A DNA stretch of 64,000 nucleotides. Origin: Eledone cirrhosa (taxonomy: Eukaryota). Positions 39,026 through 52,540 of this stretch are shown here, piece after piece (the first letter of the stretch is position 1; every line of letters begins with the position of its first letter). The stretch lies in the NCBI GenBank assembly GCA_964016885.1, contig OZ024742.1, forward strand, positions 293,570,001 through 293,634,000, read 5' to 3'. A model generated the notes under the pieces. That model had not been told where the DNA came from and did no database searches. It worked only from the letters and a program-made list of their open reading frames with translations. Made by a program: the position numbers and the translations under genes.

Positions 39026-42000
39026 ACAATTACAGCAAACAAAACAGCAAATTGGACCATTTTTGTGAAAGAAAATAAACCCAAATTGAACATCCATTCT
39101 TTGGCCACTTATTCCTGAGAGGGTTGTAGGGACAGAATCTAGTCAGAAGCAACTGTTTCCAGCCAAGCTCAAGGATATTATCCAACCATCTTGCTCAGGG
39201 TCTACCTCTGGGCCTCCTGCTGGTTGGTTTTGCCCATAAAATCTGTCCAGTCATTCTTTCCTGAGGCATTCTAACCACATGCCCATAATATTCCCTCCAT
39301 GAGAAAACAAAAAATAGACAGCTATATCTCATTTAAATTCAACCCTCTTCCAGCAAAACAACACTATCTTGATTAAAAACAAATGGTACTCCACTATAAA
39401 GAAGAGTCTCTCAGAGAAACATAGTGGGAGTATAAATCAATGGCTAGTTCTAGTACAACCTATATACCCACTGCTTTTACATAGAGTCTGTAAAGATATA
39501 GATGAGTACTCCTTGACAACAAGGAATAATGGTTACAAACTCCAATTTGTAAAATTCCTTATCAATAAAACTATAATGAACAGTCAATCAACTTATGACA
39601 ACATAAAAATTGTGTTGATGAACAAGCAATCCCAAGATTTGCTAATCAATCAAGGGTACATTGATCTCAATGAGGATTATAATCGGTGTATTATTGAAAA
39701 ATTTGTTTACATGCGCAACCATTATTAATCCACCTCACATTACTACAGAAACTTCCAGTAAAAAATGATCTTACTAAGGCAAAGAGCCACAAATATAATG
39801 GAGCCAACCCTTACAAAAAATAACACCATTTAACAGAGAACAACACAATAATTATCACAACACCAAAAAGCCAATTTGCTAACATCAATATAACATATAG
39901 TAACCAAAATGGTTCAAAACAAAAGACTTCAAAAGCTGGCTCAAATACAAACACTGAAAAAATTAATAACAACAATGAGCCAAATGAAAATATGTAACAT
40001 CAACCTCAACAAACAGAATAAATTAATGGAATTGTATTGAAACCTTGATGGTTCTTCTCCATTGCCCACTTATTCCTGAGAGGGTCATTGGGGCAGAGTC
40101 CTCAAACACTCTTTTCAGCGGGCCCTGTCAGAAGCCACCATCTGCAATTGATCTAGCTAGATCTCCAAGCTAGATTAGCCATGCTCATAGATATTATTCA
40201 ACCATTTTGCTCAGGGTCTACCCCTGGGTCTCCTACCAGTTGGCTTTGCCCGTAAAAATCTATCCAGCGATTCTTTCATGAGACATTATTATTGTTATTT
40301 TTATTCAGATTGACATAGGTAAAAAGTATTTTCTCAGTGATTGTATTTTGTCAATAAATATCTGTAAATTTTAGTTCTTCAGCTGATTGGAGATTGTAAA
40401 ATTTGTTGTGGGTTGATAGTTCTGCTTCTAAATAATTAACATTTTTAGACCAATCAGTCAAATTGCCTATATAGAGATACAAAATATAGATATAGCAGCC
40501 CAAATCTCCCTCAAATAATAACCCAGTCTTAGAAAGTAAAAGGATATAGTTTATTAGTTTCTTTAAGGCATCATATTTAAAGCCATGCTGAAGCTCCTAT
40601 TTTTTTTTTTTTTACATCTAAAATAGAGGTTAAAAATATGATTCACAAAAAGGAGAATAAAATCAATTTATTAAGATAGTTCAATATTAGCAAATAAAAT
40701 TCACATTAAATATTTAACAATTTTCTAATTTATATTTACTTAATGAAAATAGTTAATCAATGAGTTATTGATTAAAAATATCTAGATTTTAATTGAACAT
40801 ATTTATGCTTTATCAAAAAATAAAGAGCAACACCTATGATCTTTTCTATGGTTTCTAAGACTGGAGAGTAGGAGAAAGACAGCACAACACATGGGTTACT
40901 ACAGCAGTACATCAGAATATTGAGTTATCTTCATACTTCATAATGCCAACCCTTACTTAAAAAAGTAAGGTACTGAATGTCTATGTGCTGAGGATGTAAA
41001 CAAATATAACATGCTGGTGTCATGATGAAAAGCACCCAACCTACCTGGTAAAATCGTAGTGCCAAAATCACAATAAAATCCTCCCAGTGCATGTTATAAA
41101 GTGGTTGGCATTAGAAAGAGCATCTAGCTATATAAACCAAACAAAAAGCAGAGTGTACGAGCAAGACATAGTCACTTGACCATTCTAGCCCCAGTGACAA
41201 CCTGTCTAACTCATGCAAGCATGGAAAATAGATGTTAAACTGCAATGATGAAGATGATGATATAGGCATGCATACATACATATGTATGTAAATATATGTG
41301 CACATGTGTGTGTGTGTATGTGCACATGTGTATGTGTGTGTGTATATATGCATGCCAGTGTATGTATGTGTATATGTATGTGTGTGTATTTGTATCGTGT
41401 GTATTTTGTATCGTGTATATGTATGTGTGTGTATTTGAACATTGCATATGTTCGGATTAGCTATCTCCAATGGCCTCTTTTGGAAATCCAATACATTCTG
41501 AAAATATGAAGCAAGCTAGATAACCATTTGCATTAATCTTAATCTGATTTAGCTAAAGTCTGGGGAATGATGGTTATTTAAATGGTGAATGGAAAAAATA
41601 AAAAATGGAAGATCAGATTTTAAAGCCAAAGCTTTTCAACTGAATATAACAAATTTTGTTACAAACCAAAGACGGCATTTATTAACTCTTAATGTTTTGT
41701 ATTTCATGAAACTGCACAAGCATGACATTCTTGACAAGAATAAAATATTTACTATGACGGCATCATTAAAAATTAAAGCCATTAATCTATACTGCATATA
41801 TTCACAATGTCTGACCACTAGTAAAGTTATAAACGTTTAAATTAACAAACCATGTGAAACAGCAGTATGATAGCGTTATATTAAAAAATGAAAAATCTTT
41901 AATACTGCAAAGTTTCACAATGATCTGTCCACTAGTAAAGATACTTATAAACATTTGAATTAAACTAGTTTGTAGATATTTTTTGCTAAATCATTACATA

Positions 42001-42896
42001 ATGTTAAGAATTGGAATGGAGCTCTCTTGGTTTCAACAATGACTGTTCCCATTGTTGGATCGTAGGGACAGCCTGCTGACTAAATTAGCATGCATGGAAC
42101 TGAACATTTTGTAGATACTTTTTACCATTTTGATAGTGAACCACCAGAAACTGCTCCTGGTTCTATTATACTGACGTTTTTTTTTAATTCTAAAGTGTTT
42201 ATATTTATCTAAAAACCTTCCCTAATAATTTTATGTAAGATCCTTTGTTAAATAATGCTATAAACACCAACTTAATAATGAGAAAGTTAGTCATATTGCT
42301 ACTAAATTCTTCCAAATGTTTGAACATCTTTAAAATTATTTGAAAAACTTAGTAGTATCTTTCAACAGAAATATATTAACAAAAGGTTTAACATAATTCT
42401 CAGGGAGATTCACTGTCAAACAGATTGTGACAAACCAACAAAAATAACATGGCTACCCATTTGAATTATAGGGACAGTTCATTTTACAGGCTTTCCAACA
42501 GTTTCAGTGGGTATGGATATGTGATGAACATAGATGATCACTGAATGAAAAAGTGCCCAATGGAAGGAAGCTGTAATAGAGGAAAACCAAGGAAGACAAG
42601 GGCAGAGATGGTGAGAGCTGATCTCAAATTGCTGAAGCTCGTGGTAGAAAGGACAAAGGAACGAGATGAGTGGAAAGATGCTGTACTGAAAAGTACCCAT
42701 TCAACCCAGGCAAGTATGGAAAAGCAGGCATAAAATGATGATTTTTAAACATTTTTTGTTTAATCATTACAGCTCATTAAAAGTTAATATATTGTATACA
42801 TAAAAAGTTATTTCTGTTAAAATTGTCAAAAAAAATTATATCAAAAATTTTTTTTCCTTATTAAATTTTTTTTTTTTTTTTTCACGTTAAATTCTT

Positions 42897-43203
42897 ATCA
42901 TCATCATCATCATTTTACATCCACTTTTCCCTACTTGCAAGGGTGGGACGGGAACTGATTCTGGCTTGATTTCTACAGCTGGATGCCCTTCCTAACACCA
43001 ACCTCATTTACAGTGAGTGCTGGGTGCTTTTTTGTCGTGGCACTCCCACGACCACTTTGCATCTCATTTCTACAGCTGAATAAACTGGAGCAATGTGAAA
43101 TAAAGTGTCTTGCTCAAGGAAACAACATCACCCGGTCTGAGAATTGAACTCACAACCTTTCGATTGCAAGGCCAATGCTCTAACCACTAAGCCATGTGCC
43201 TCC
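42897..43203 (-). mobile_element. tRNA-CORE SINE
   Basis: Same family, with a (GAT)n tail near 42897-42912. Confidence 0.87.
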
Positions 43204-43214
43204 ATAAAATTAAA

Positions 43215-43323
43215 CGCTTACGGCACCTAGGGTTCCCAAGCAGTCACCCATCTAAGTACTAACTAGGCTCGACGTTGCTTAACTTCAGTGATCGGACGAG
43301 AACCGGTGTTTTCAGCGTGATAT
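43215..43323 (-). pseudogene. 5S rRNA pseudogene, missing about 10 nt at the 5' end
   Basis: Minus strand reads ATATCACGCTGAAAACACCGGTTCTCGTCCGATCACTGAAGTTAAGCAACGTCGAGCCTAGTTAGTACTTAGATGGGTGACTGCTTGGGAACCCTAGGTGCCGTAAGC, i.e. invertebrate 5S with box A/IE/C, followed by TTTAATTTT. The 5' strand of helix I is absent. Confidence 0.92.
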
Positions 43324-43509
43324 TTTGCCTATCAGTTTTCTTTATATACTTTACTTTAAAGAACTTTTTTTTAATGGACAGTATGAACATTAATCGGTCT
43401 CCAAATAAGACATCTTTAGCAGTATTCTAATATCTGACTAAAGACTTATCGTAAGCAGAAATGTATACGAGTTGAATACCATCTTCATGGCAATATTGTT
43501 TTTGTACAA

Positions 43510-43845
43510 TCTGTAAAGTGGTAATGTTGGTGCTAAAATGTACCCAGTACATTCTGTAAAGTGGTAGTGCTGATGCCATGCTAAAATGTACCCAGTACAT
43601 TCTGTAAAGTGGTAATGTTGGTGCCATGCTAAAAGGTACCCAGTACACTCTGTAAAATTGTAGTGCTGGTGCCATGCTAAAATGTACCCAGTACACTCTA
43701 AAGCGGTGGTGTTGGTATCAGGCTAAAATGTATCCAGTATACTCTGTAAAGTTGTGCTGCAGGTGTCGTGCTAAAATGTACCCAAAACACTCTGTAAAAT
43801 GGTGGTGCCAGTGCTACAATAAAAAGCACACAGTATGCTCTATAA
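43510..43845. repeat. ~48-bp minisatellite, about 7 copies
   Basis: CTGTAAAGTGGTAGTGCTGGTGCCATGCTAAAATGTACCCAGTACACT units. Confidence 0.85.
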
Positions 43846-46001
43846 TTGGTTAGCTATAAGAAGGGAATCCATCCATAAAAAATATGTTGTGGCAGTGGTG
43901 GTGGTGGGTGGTGTTATTGTGATAGCAGTGTTAGTGGAGGTGATGGCAATTATGGTGGTGATGATGATGATGGCGCAGTTTGTGGTGATGGTGGTCAGAA
44001 ATTACCTGTTAATAATCTCGAATTGAAAAAAGAAATGCTTAAAATATCAAATTAAAAAAGAAAAATCCCTCAATTTTTACCTTAATTATTGTTAACATGA
44101 TTATGCATGATTAACTCTATCCCTCCCTCTCCAGTAACCAAAATAAATATTCTCTATTGTCTAATTACTCACTTCCGGCAGCATTTAATTATATTTACTG
44201 TTAATTACAACTATTTTACAAGGCTAATTATCTAGGGAAATACAGTGTATAGGGAGAATGACGTTGCTTATACAGATATAAATCTGAAATAAATTTAACC
44301 CTTTTGTGACCCTATTTCTAATGAAATATGTTGCCTATGTGTGTGGTTCAATGTTTAACATAAGATTTTTGAGGGGCTTAGTAAAATATCTTTTTTTCAT
44401 TTTAAGATGTTTATAATATAACTAAGCAAGACTAGCTGAGCTCATGGATCTTATCCAACCAACTTGCTCAAGGTCTACCCCTGGGTCTTCTGCCGGTTGG
44501 TTTTGCCCCTAAAATCTGTCCAGCAATTCTTTCCTGAGACATTCTGACTACATGTCCATAATATCGGAGCTGTAATCTCTCAATTCAGAGAAGTAGTGGC
44601 TCTACCTGAAGTGATTCCCTGATCTCGGAGCTACCCACTATCAATTTACATTACTCCACAGACCCTTCAAAGGAACCCCTTTTTCAGCCGCTTGTTTTCA
44701 TGATCATACTTTTTCAGTCATTATCTAAGATTCATATGAGTGGAGTTCCACAGAAGAAGGTGGAGAAGTTCAAGTATCTCAGAGCCATGTTCAAAGTTAT
44801 GGAAAGCAGAAGGCTAAATTAAGTGCTTCAAAGCAAAAATGTTTGTCATAAAACCAAGGGTAGGTTGATATCAAAGAGATTAATAAGGGTAATTAAAAAT
44901 CTACCCATTTAGTCCCTTAGCTTAATGGTTTAAAATGCCTTGCCAGTATCTGTAAGACATGAGATTCAATTCCTCATAGTGACCAATAGCAACTTCTTTT
45001 TCCATCTTTTGAGGGTGCTCACCCTATTTTATAGCATCTCTGCACATGAGCTCAACATCCTTTATATTAATTCTATAGTCTCAGTGCTTCAAAGTCTGAT
45101 CTCTCTGTACACTACCTATGATTTTAAAAGAATGAGCTTGGACAAGTTGAGATAAAAGTTAGGTTTAAAAGGACAATGATCGCTGGTTGAAGGAGTGCCA
45201 GGAAATGCCGGTGGAAAGAAGCCTCAGTAGAGGTAGACCAAGAAAGACCTGGACAAAGATTGTAAGAGTTGACCTCAAGTCACTGAGACTCACAGAGGGT
45301 ATGACAGAGGATTGCTATGAGTGGAGAGATGCCATGCTGAGAAGTGTGGAAAAACGCACATGAAAAAAACAATGATGATGAGGATGATGAAAATAATCAA
45401 GAATTTGGAAGGACTGAGTAATATATCTTACATTCTCATTATTAGCTGGCATCTGGGCCAGAATTTAACAAAGGTTCTTACATAAAACTATGTTAGAAGC
45501 CTTTAAGAAAAATATAACTACTTTAAAGCAAACAGTTTTATATTGTAGAGCAAGGGGTAGTTTCAGACAGTTTAGTATTAAATAGGTTAATACCATAAAA
45601 TAAACAAATAAACAACAGGAAAACTTCTTGACATATTTATCGTTAGAGAAATTAACAAGCAACAGCTTTGAAGCACTTGATAGCCTAATACTCCCTTGCT
45701 TAAAAGTCTGAGTTGAGCACAAAATGGCGGCAGCTGCAGTAGCAGCAGCTCATATGATTGGTTGATTAGCTGACGTTTCTAAATCAATGAACACACACAC
45801 ACACACTTTATCTGTCCTGTCTAAGTAAATCAGTTAGCTTCAATGAATCCTTCAAGTTCAAATTATTCTTTTTCATCTCATTAATGTGTCCCGCATCCCA
45901 CACCACCCTCTCATATATATATAATCAATCTCCTCTCTCTCTCTATATATATACACACACACATACATTCCCACACACACACATATATATACATATACAC
46001 A

Positions 46002-46071
46002 TAGGGTGTCCCAAAAAATGTATACACACTTCATCAGCATCTAATGAAAGTGTGTATACATTTTGGAGGAC

Positions 46072-46076
<5 letters not shown>
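46002..46076. mobile_element. Tc1/mariner-type mini-MITE with the same TIR
   Basis: AGGGTGTCCCAAAAAATGTATACACACTT ... AAGTGTGTATACATTTTGGAGGACACCCT in a TA context. Confidence 0.75.
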
Positions 46077-46102
<26 letters not shown>

Positions 46103-46107
<5 letters not shown>

Positions 46108-46316
46108 AAACTTGTTTTGATGTTAGTACTTGTTCTTGTTGAAAGCTGCCCAACCTAGGGTGATGCGATACTGTGCAGCAACCATTCAATTGTTGTTTGA
46201 TGATAGTTTGTGACCAGATATACAAACTCCGTAACTTGAACAATTTGCTGGTTGTAGATTGTGAGTTGGAAATTGGCAAGATCAAGAAAGTACTAACATC
46301 AAAATGAGTTTCCTAT
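46103..46316. mobile_element. MITE-like element with ~33-bp imperfect TIRs
   Basis: ATAGGAAACTTGTTTTGATGTTAGTACTT ... AAGTACTAACATCAAAATGAGTTTCCTAT. Confidence 0.65.
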
Positions 46317-46773
46317 CATTTGAAGGCTAAGATTTTCAATACATCCTACCAGTTGCGTTATATGGTCTTGATTGTGTTAATTGGACAACAAGGTCACTTT
46401 AGAAGCTTTCTACATTCCAGAACCACATCATGAGACTTATGACTGGCAAGTGGCTCAGTGACCGTATCTGTATCAGTGAGCTGCTCAACATTACCAGACT
46501 TAGACCAATTACATCAATTGTCAAGTCAAGAGTACTCAAACTATACACTCATATAAAAAGATCATCTCATAGTGTGTGAAGGTTATGCCTGGAAGGAAGA
46601 TTGGCTGGTAAGAGAAGTAGAGGCCAGCAGCCAAAACGATGGCTTGATAATGTCAAATTATGGACTGGACTTGATCTTTGCTCTTTAAACTCTGCTGTTG
46701 GTGATCGAACTTTGTGGAGAAAAATATCTTGTGTTGATGCGCAGTCTACAACAGGCGGAGTTTAGCGTCAAAG

Positions 46774-46835
<62 letters not shown>

Positions 46836-47489
46836 ATATATATATATATTATATGTATATATATATATAGGCAGTTACTCATAATCAAGTATGATTTAGT
46901 GTCAGATTTTTGTTTTTGTTTTATTATTATAATTAAACAATGAAGAAACTCAATCAATAATGCTTTGTTCTTTCAGAAGACTGTCTACCAAAAGCACTAC
47001 CATACCCACAGATATTGCAGAATACAGTTGGCAATGCTAGTGGAGTGGATTTTGCTCCTCTTTCATTCTCGTCCAGACTAATTTGATTATGAAACTTTTA
47101 CTCTTTTCTTTGCAGCTCTCCTCCATATTTTGCAGTCAGTCACTGTCTTCCCTCAAGTTGTAATCAGGCCACATGCTTCATTGGCATCCTTATTACAGAG
47201 TTTTGGGAGTCCTCTTCAATAGTTTCCCTATTTCAGCTCATTATAGAGCACTGCCTTGGCTTCCTAGACTCCTTTATATGAATTAAATGTCCAAACCAGC
47301 ATAGCTGCGACTCCAACATGGTGAAGTCAGCACTGTGGTTATTTGTGTGCTGCAGAGAGAAGGGAAATTCCTCGGTAATTTCAGTAATTTCCACAGTCTC
47401 ACAAATCAGCCTTCTACTTGTAGCTGGTCATTATTTGAGTATCTTTGAAATAGTGCATGACTCTACCAAGAGTTATAGGTTCATACATA

Positions 47490-47817
47490 CATCATCATCA
47501 TCACCGTTTTACGTCCGTTCTTCCACGCTAGCATGGGTTAGACGGGTTGTCCTGTTGTGTGCAGTGTCTGGTCGGCTGACCATGCCTTGCTCATACAGGA
47601 ACTGATCTGGCTTGATTTCTACAGCTGGATGCCCTTCCTAACACCAACTTCATTTACAGTGAGTGCTGGGTGCTTTTTCGTGGCGCCTACACGTCCACTT
47701 TACAGTGTGGGCTGGGTGCTTTTTTGCCGTGGCACCTCCACAACCACCTTGAGGTGGGGGGTGTGGGGGCATATTGTTTATATGCTTCAGCATGTACCCA
47801 TGGGAGGTCGGGTACTC
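47490..47817 (-). mobile_element. 5'-truncated 3' end of LINE family A
   Basis: Nearly identical to 10014-10340 (3' UTR plus the last codons). Confidence 0.9.
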
Positions 47818-47994
47818 TGTATGTGAATATATGTATGTGAATATATGTATGTGAATATATGTGCGTGAATATATGTATGTGAATACATGTATGTGAATAT
47901 ATGTGCGTGTATGTGTGTATCTATGGTAGGTGTGTGTGTGTATGTGTGTGTATCTATTGGTAGGTGTGTGTGTGTATGTGTGTGTATCTATGTA

Positions 47995-48036
<42 letters not shown>

Positions 48037-48041
48037 TGTGT

Positions 48042-48085
<44 letters not shown>

Positions 48086-48518
48086 CTATGTGTAGATGTG
48101 GGTGTCATCCTCATTTAACGTCTGCTTTCTCTGCTAGCAAGAGTTGAATGTGAATGTGGGTCTGTGTGTGTGAGAGTGTGTGTGTGTGTGTGTGAGTGTG
48201 TGTAAAAAGGGGGGTTAGTGTATGTGTGTGTGTTACCTTAATCAATACTACCCACATTTTCATTGCAGCCAACACACACCACAATGTAATATTATCTTTT
48301 CTTCTATTTAATCCCCATTGACATAACCATTGTTGAATCCATCTAAATCTATATCCTACCTCAGCAGCTTTCTTTTACACCATGTAATACATTTCTCTTA
48401 TTTGTAAGAATGTTTATGGAAATCATTTAATACCAAACTTGTGATGTACTAACGTGTACTAAGACTATCTTACACAACCAACAAATTCAGCCGCCGCTGC
48501 CACCGCCACCGCCACCAC

Positions 48519-48562
<44 letters not shown>

Positions 48563-48591
48563 CCACCACCATCACCACCACCATCATCCTC

Positions 48592-48622
<31 letters not shown>

Positions 48623-49072
48623 CCATCACTGTTTAACATCTATTTTCCAAGCTTGCATAGGTAAGGCATCTGTTACGCTATGCAGCTAGGCCAGCCTGGT
48701 AACCACATCTTTCTCATACACTCCATTTTTTGTTTGGTTTTCTATTGCCCTTCCTAATGTCAACCACTTTACAACCTGTACAGCCTTTTTCATAGCACTA
48801 GCACCACCACTTAACAGAGTGGCCAGAGTGTTTTTTTTGTTATAGCACCAGTGTGATCACTTTACAGAGTGGATTGTGTGTGTGACCATCTTACTGGATA
48901 TTTTTGTCATGGCACAAGCATTACTACTTTACAGGTGGACCGGGTGTCTTTTATCATATCCCTCTGTGTTACCTTTTACAACATTTGGATTACTTGTTGT
49001 ATCCTTGGATAGGAAAAGTGTACCAAGGATGGGACTAGAGAAGAGGGAACACATCATTATCATCATCATTAA

Positions 49073-49287
49073 CCCATTAGCAGTTACATTACTCTATATT
49101 TACTATTATATTTTCATGGTAAAGGCTTTATTTAACATAATTATCTCACATATCAAATATACGAGATTTAAATATTTATTTTGAGAACAATTCCTTAACA
49201 TGAGTATGAGTAGTCAGTTAAGACTGGTTTGAACAGAAAGAGGTGACAGATTTCTGGCCGGATATGGCTGGTTTAAATGCTAAAAGG
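49073..49287. mobile_element. piggyBac-type MITE (same family)
   Basis: TTAA|CCCATTAGCAGTTA ... TAAATGCTAAAAGG|TTAA, with internal sequence similar to 54550-54757. Confidence 0.8.
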
Positions 49288-52180
49288 TTAAACATCTATT
49301 TCCCATGCCCACCAGGATCCAATACGCTGTCATACACTGAAACTAGGTCAGACATGGGTACCATGTCTTGTTCATATGTTTCAGTTTGACAAGACTTCCA
49401 CAGTTGGGTACCTTTCTCTGTTCATCTCTGATCTCCACTGTGTCTGATGACCAAATTGATCAAAGCTGATAGTAAATCAATAGTAATCAATAGAGGCTCC
49501 AATCTGGTCATTTACAAAACACATTTTACACATGTTTACAAATGAAATATGTTAAACTGAGACATCCTTGAATAAGGAAAGAACATTCCTCATGTAGATA
49601 GAATTGGTGAGAGGAAAAAAAGCTGTTCAAATGGTCTGTTATATCAACAATTCCTAAGAGAGAAAAAGATGACAGAGTAGCGAGGACCATTTTTAAACCT
49701 TGCAGAGGACATGACAACCTCTCTAGTGTAGATGTCATGCATCCAATGAACTCTATAAAGTGATGGGTGTCAGGAAGGGCATCCAGCAACAGAATATATA
49801 TATATAAGGAAAAGAAATGCAACTGGAGTCTTTTAAGAATAGTTATTTACTTTACCAGTTTCACAGTTCTTATGATTATCAAAAGTAAAATTGAGATGGA
49901 GGGTATGTGTTTTTGTTGTGGTGTGTCTCACATCTGAGAGATACACTACAATATTTTTTACCCATGTGGGAGATTTTAAAAACCCTTACTTTCTCATATA
50001 TATATATAATATAGAAATGGCTTCTACTGTTTCATTTGAAGGAAATCATCAGAAAAGCCTGATGAAATACGCCGCCGCCGCCGTCGTCATCATCATCACA
50101 ATCTTCATAATGTTTATGTCCACTTTTCCATGCTAGTGTGTGCAGACACCCACAAACACAGAGAAATAAACTGTTTTATATGTAAAAATACAGAAGGGTT
50201 TCACATATGTAATATGGTAAGTTATTCAACTGAGATTATCCAAACAATCAGTAGAAAAAAAATTCCCTCTTGAGACATTTGAAATCTAGAAACCAAATAG
50301 TACTTAAGGGAGATAACCTCAATAAAATCAGTTGATCGAAATATTTGAACAATACAGAGGAGAGGGAGAGATAGTGATGATGGCTGTGATGATGATGGTG
50401 ATGGCCCTGATAGTGATGATGGTTGTGAAGGTGATGATGGTTGTGGTGGTGATAATGATGATGCTGGTGATTGTGATAGTGATGATGATTGTCATGATGA
50501 TATACCAAAATAATTGCTTGGTAATAAAAATTACAAGCTATCATCATAAAACCACTCTTTGCTGCTGGTACTTTATGTGCGTGCGTGTGTATGTACACAC
50601 ATGTGTAAGCAAGTGCCTATGTATGTGTGTGTATGGGTGTATGCATGTGGATGTGTGTGTGCGCATGTTTGTATGTGTGTATATATGTGCATACATGTAT
50701 AAGCATGTGTCTGTATATGTGTAAGTGTGACTTTAATAAAATGGACCCATCCGGGCAACTCAGGCTTGTTTGATAGTAAAATAAACCAAATGTTAATAAC
50801 CACAAAATTGAGAGTAAGTAGACAGAGCAAGTGAAATACTACATGTGTTATATAGCAACTAATAAGATCTCTTATATAAACTTTCATGGTAGTACCATAA
50901 TAAAATACACCCAGTACACTCTGTAAAGTGGTTGGTGTTAGGAAGGGCTTCAGCTGGAAAATTTAAGACAACGGATTGAAAGGACATTGCAGCCATGACA
51001 CAGCAAACTCTTTAGAGTTGGTGCCACAAAAAATGCACTCAGTACACTCTGTAAGGTTGATAGTGATAAGAAGGGAACTCAGCTATAGAAACCATGCCAA
51101 ACAAAGAGTTGAGAGGAGACTTCAGTTGTGTCAGCACCATGACAACCACCCTAGTGCAGCAGCAACAACAACAAAACAACATTAGTTTGATAGCAAAAAA
51201 ATATGATATATTAACGGTTAAGGTTAGGTTTTTCTGTGTGGTTGTCATTTGTTTGGTACCTTGACAAAGTGTCTCGTCTCTCAGATACCAAATCATAGGT
51301 GGTGGGATGAAATAAGCATGGCGGAAGAGGTTGGAATAAGAGGGGTTAGGAGGAGGAAAATTGATAATTTTTCTAGGTAGTTTCCGTTGATTTTTTAAAA
51401 ACCAGAATTAGTCATTTAGTTTACATACTGAGACCCCAACCCATCCTATTTATTTCATAACATATGGGATTTCTAGTAATGTACTTTTTTTGTCATGTAT
51501 AATGCTTTTAATGTCTAAAGAAAATTGTTGCGGGAATGCTACCACTTAAAGTAAGATTTCGATGAAGATAGATTAACAAAATTTAATGGGGGGGGGTTAA
51601 TAAGAGTGGTGGAAGAGGGGGGCATATACGAGTGGTGGAAGAGGAGGATATAAGAGGGGGTGGGGGCATTATTTGAGACCCTAAATTACTTAGCCTATTG
51701 AATGAAATTGATAAACAGAAACTGTGTGGAAGCCTGGAATGTAACCAGTATATGTAAAATCCAGTGAAATAAATATCATAATTAAAAAGGCAGGAGTTCC
51801 ACCTGTAGAATATGGCTCCAGTTAGATACATCCAGCCCATACCAATATGGAAAAGCAGCCAGCACTAATGATGATATTAAGATTTCAAAATCAGTTTCCA
51901 CTGAATAAAAGACAATTAATAGAAAAAGTGAGAGAAGGGAGCCATGAAGCTGAGAGATGTTAGTTTAATGTTGAAATAAATATAGTTACAAAGAAAATAA
52001 ACTCAATAGCTAACCTCATTATTATTTATATAAACATATATATCAAGTATGGATGGGTTTTGGAGATTAAACAAAGGTGGCTAGAGGTGGAGAAAGAGAG
52101 GGGGAGAGAAAGAAAGAAAGAGAAAGAGTCAGAGAGAGAAAGAAATAGTCAAAGAGAGAAAGAGTTAGAGAAAAAGAAAG

Positions 52181-52540
52181 AGTCAGAGAGAGAGAGGAAG
52201 GGGAAGAGTCAGAGAGAGAGAGGAAGGGGAAGAGTCAGAGAGAGAGAGGAAGGGGAAGAGTCAGAGAGAGAGAGGAAGGGGAAGAGTCAGAGAGAGAGAG
52301 GAAGGGGAAGAGTCCGAGAGAGAGAGGAAGGGGAAGAGTCAGAGAGAGAGAGGAAGGGGAAGAGTCAGAGAGAGAGAGGAAGGGGAAGAGTCCGAGAGAG
52401 AGAGGAAGGGGAAGAGTCAGAGAGAGAGAGAGGAAGGGGAAGAGTCCGAGAGAGAGAGGAAGGGGAAGAGTCCGAGAGAGAGAGGAAGGGGAAGAGTCAG
52501 AGAGAGAGAGGAAGGGGAAGAGTCAGAGAGAGAGAGAGAG
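52181..52540. repeat. 26-bp purine-rich minisatellite
   Basis: AGTCAGAGAGAGAGAGGAAGGGGAAG repeated about 14 times. Confidence 0.92.
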
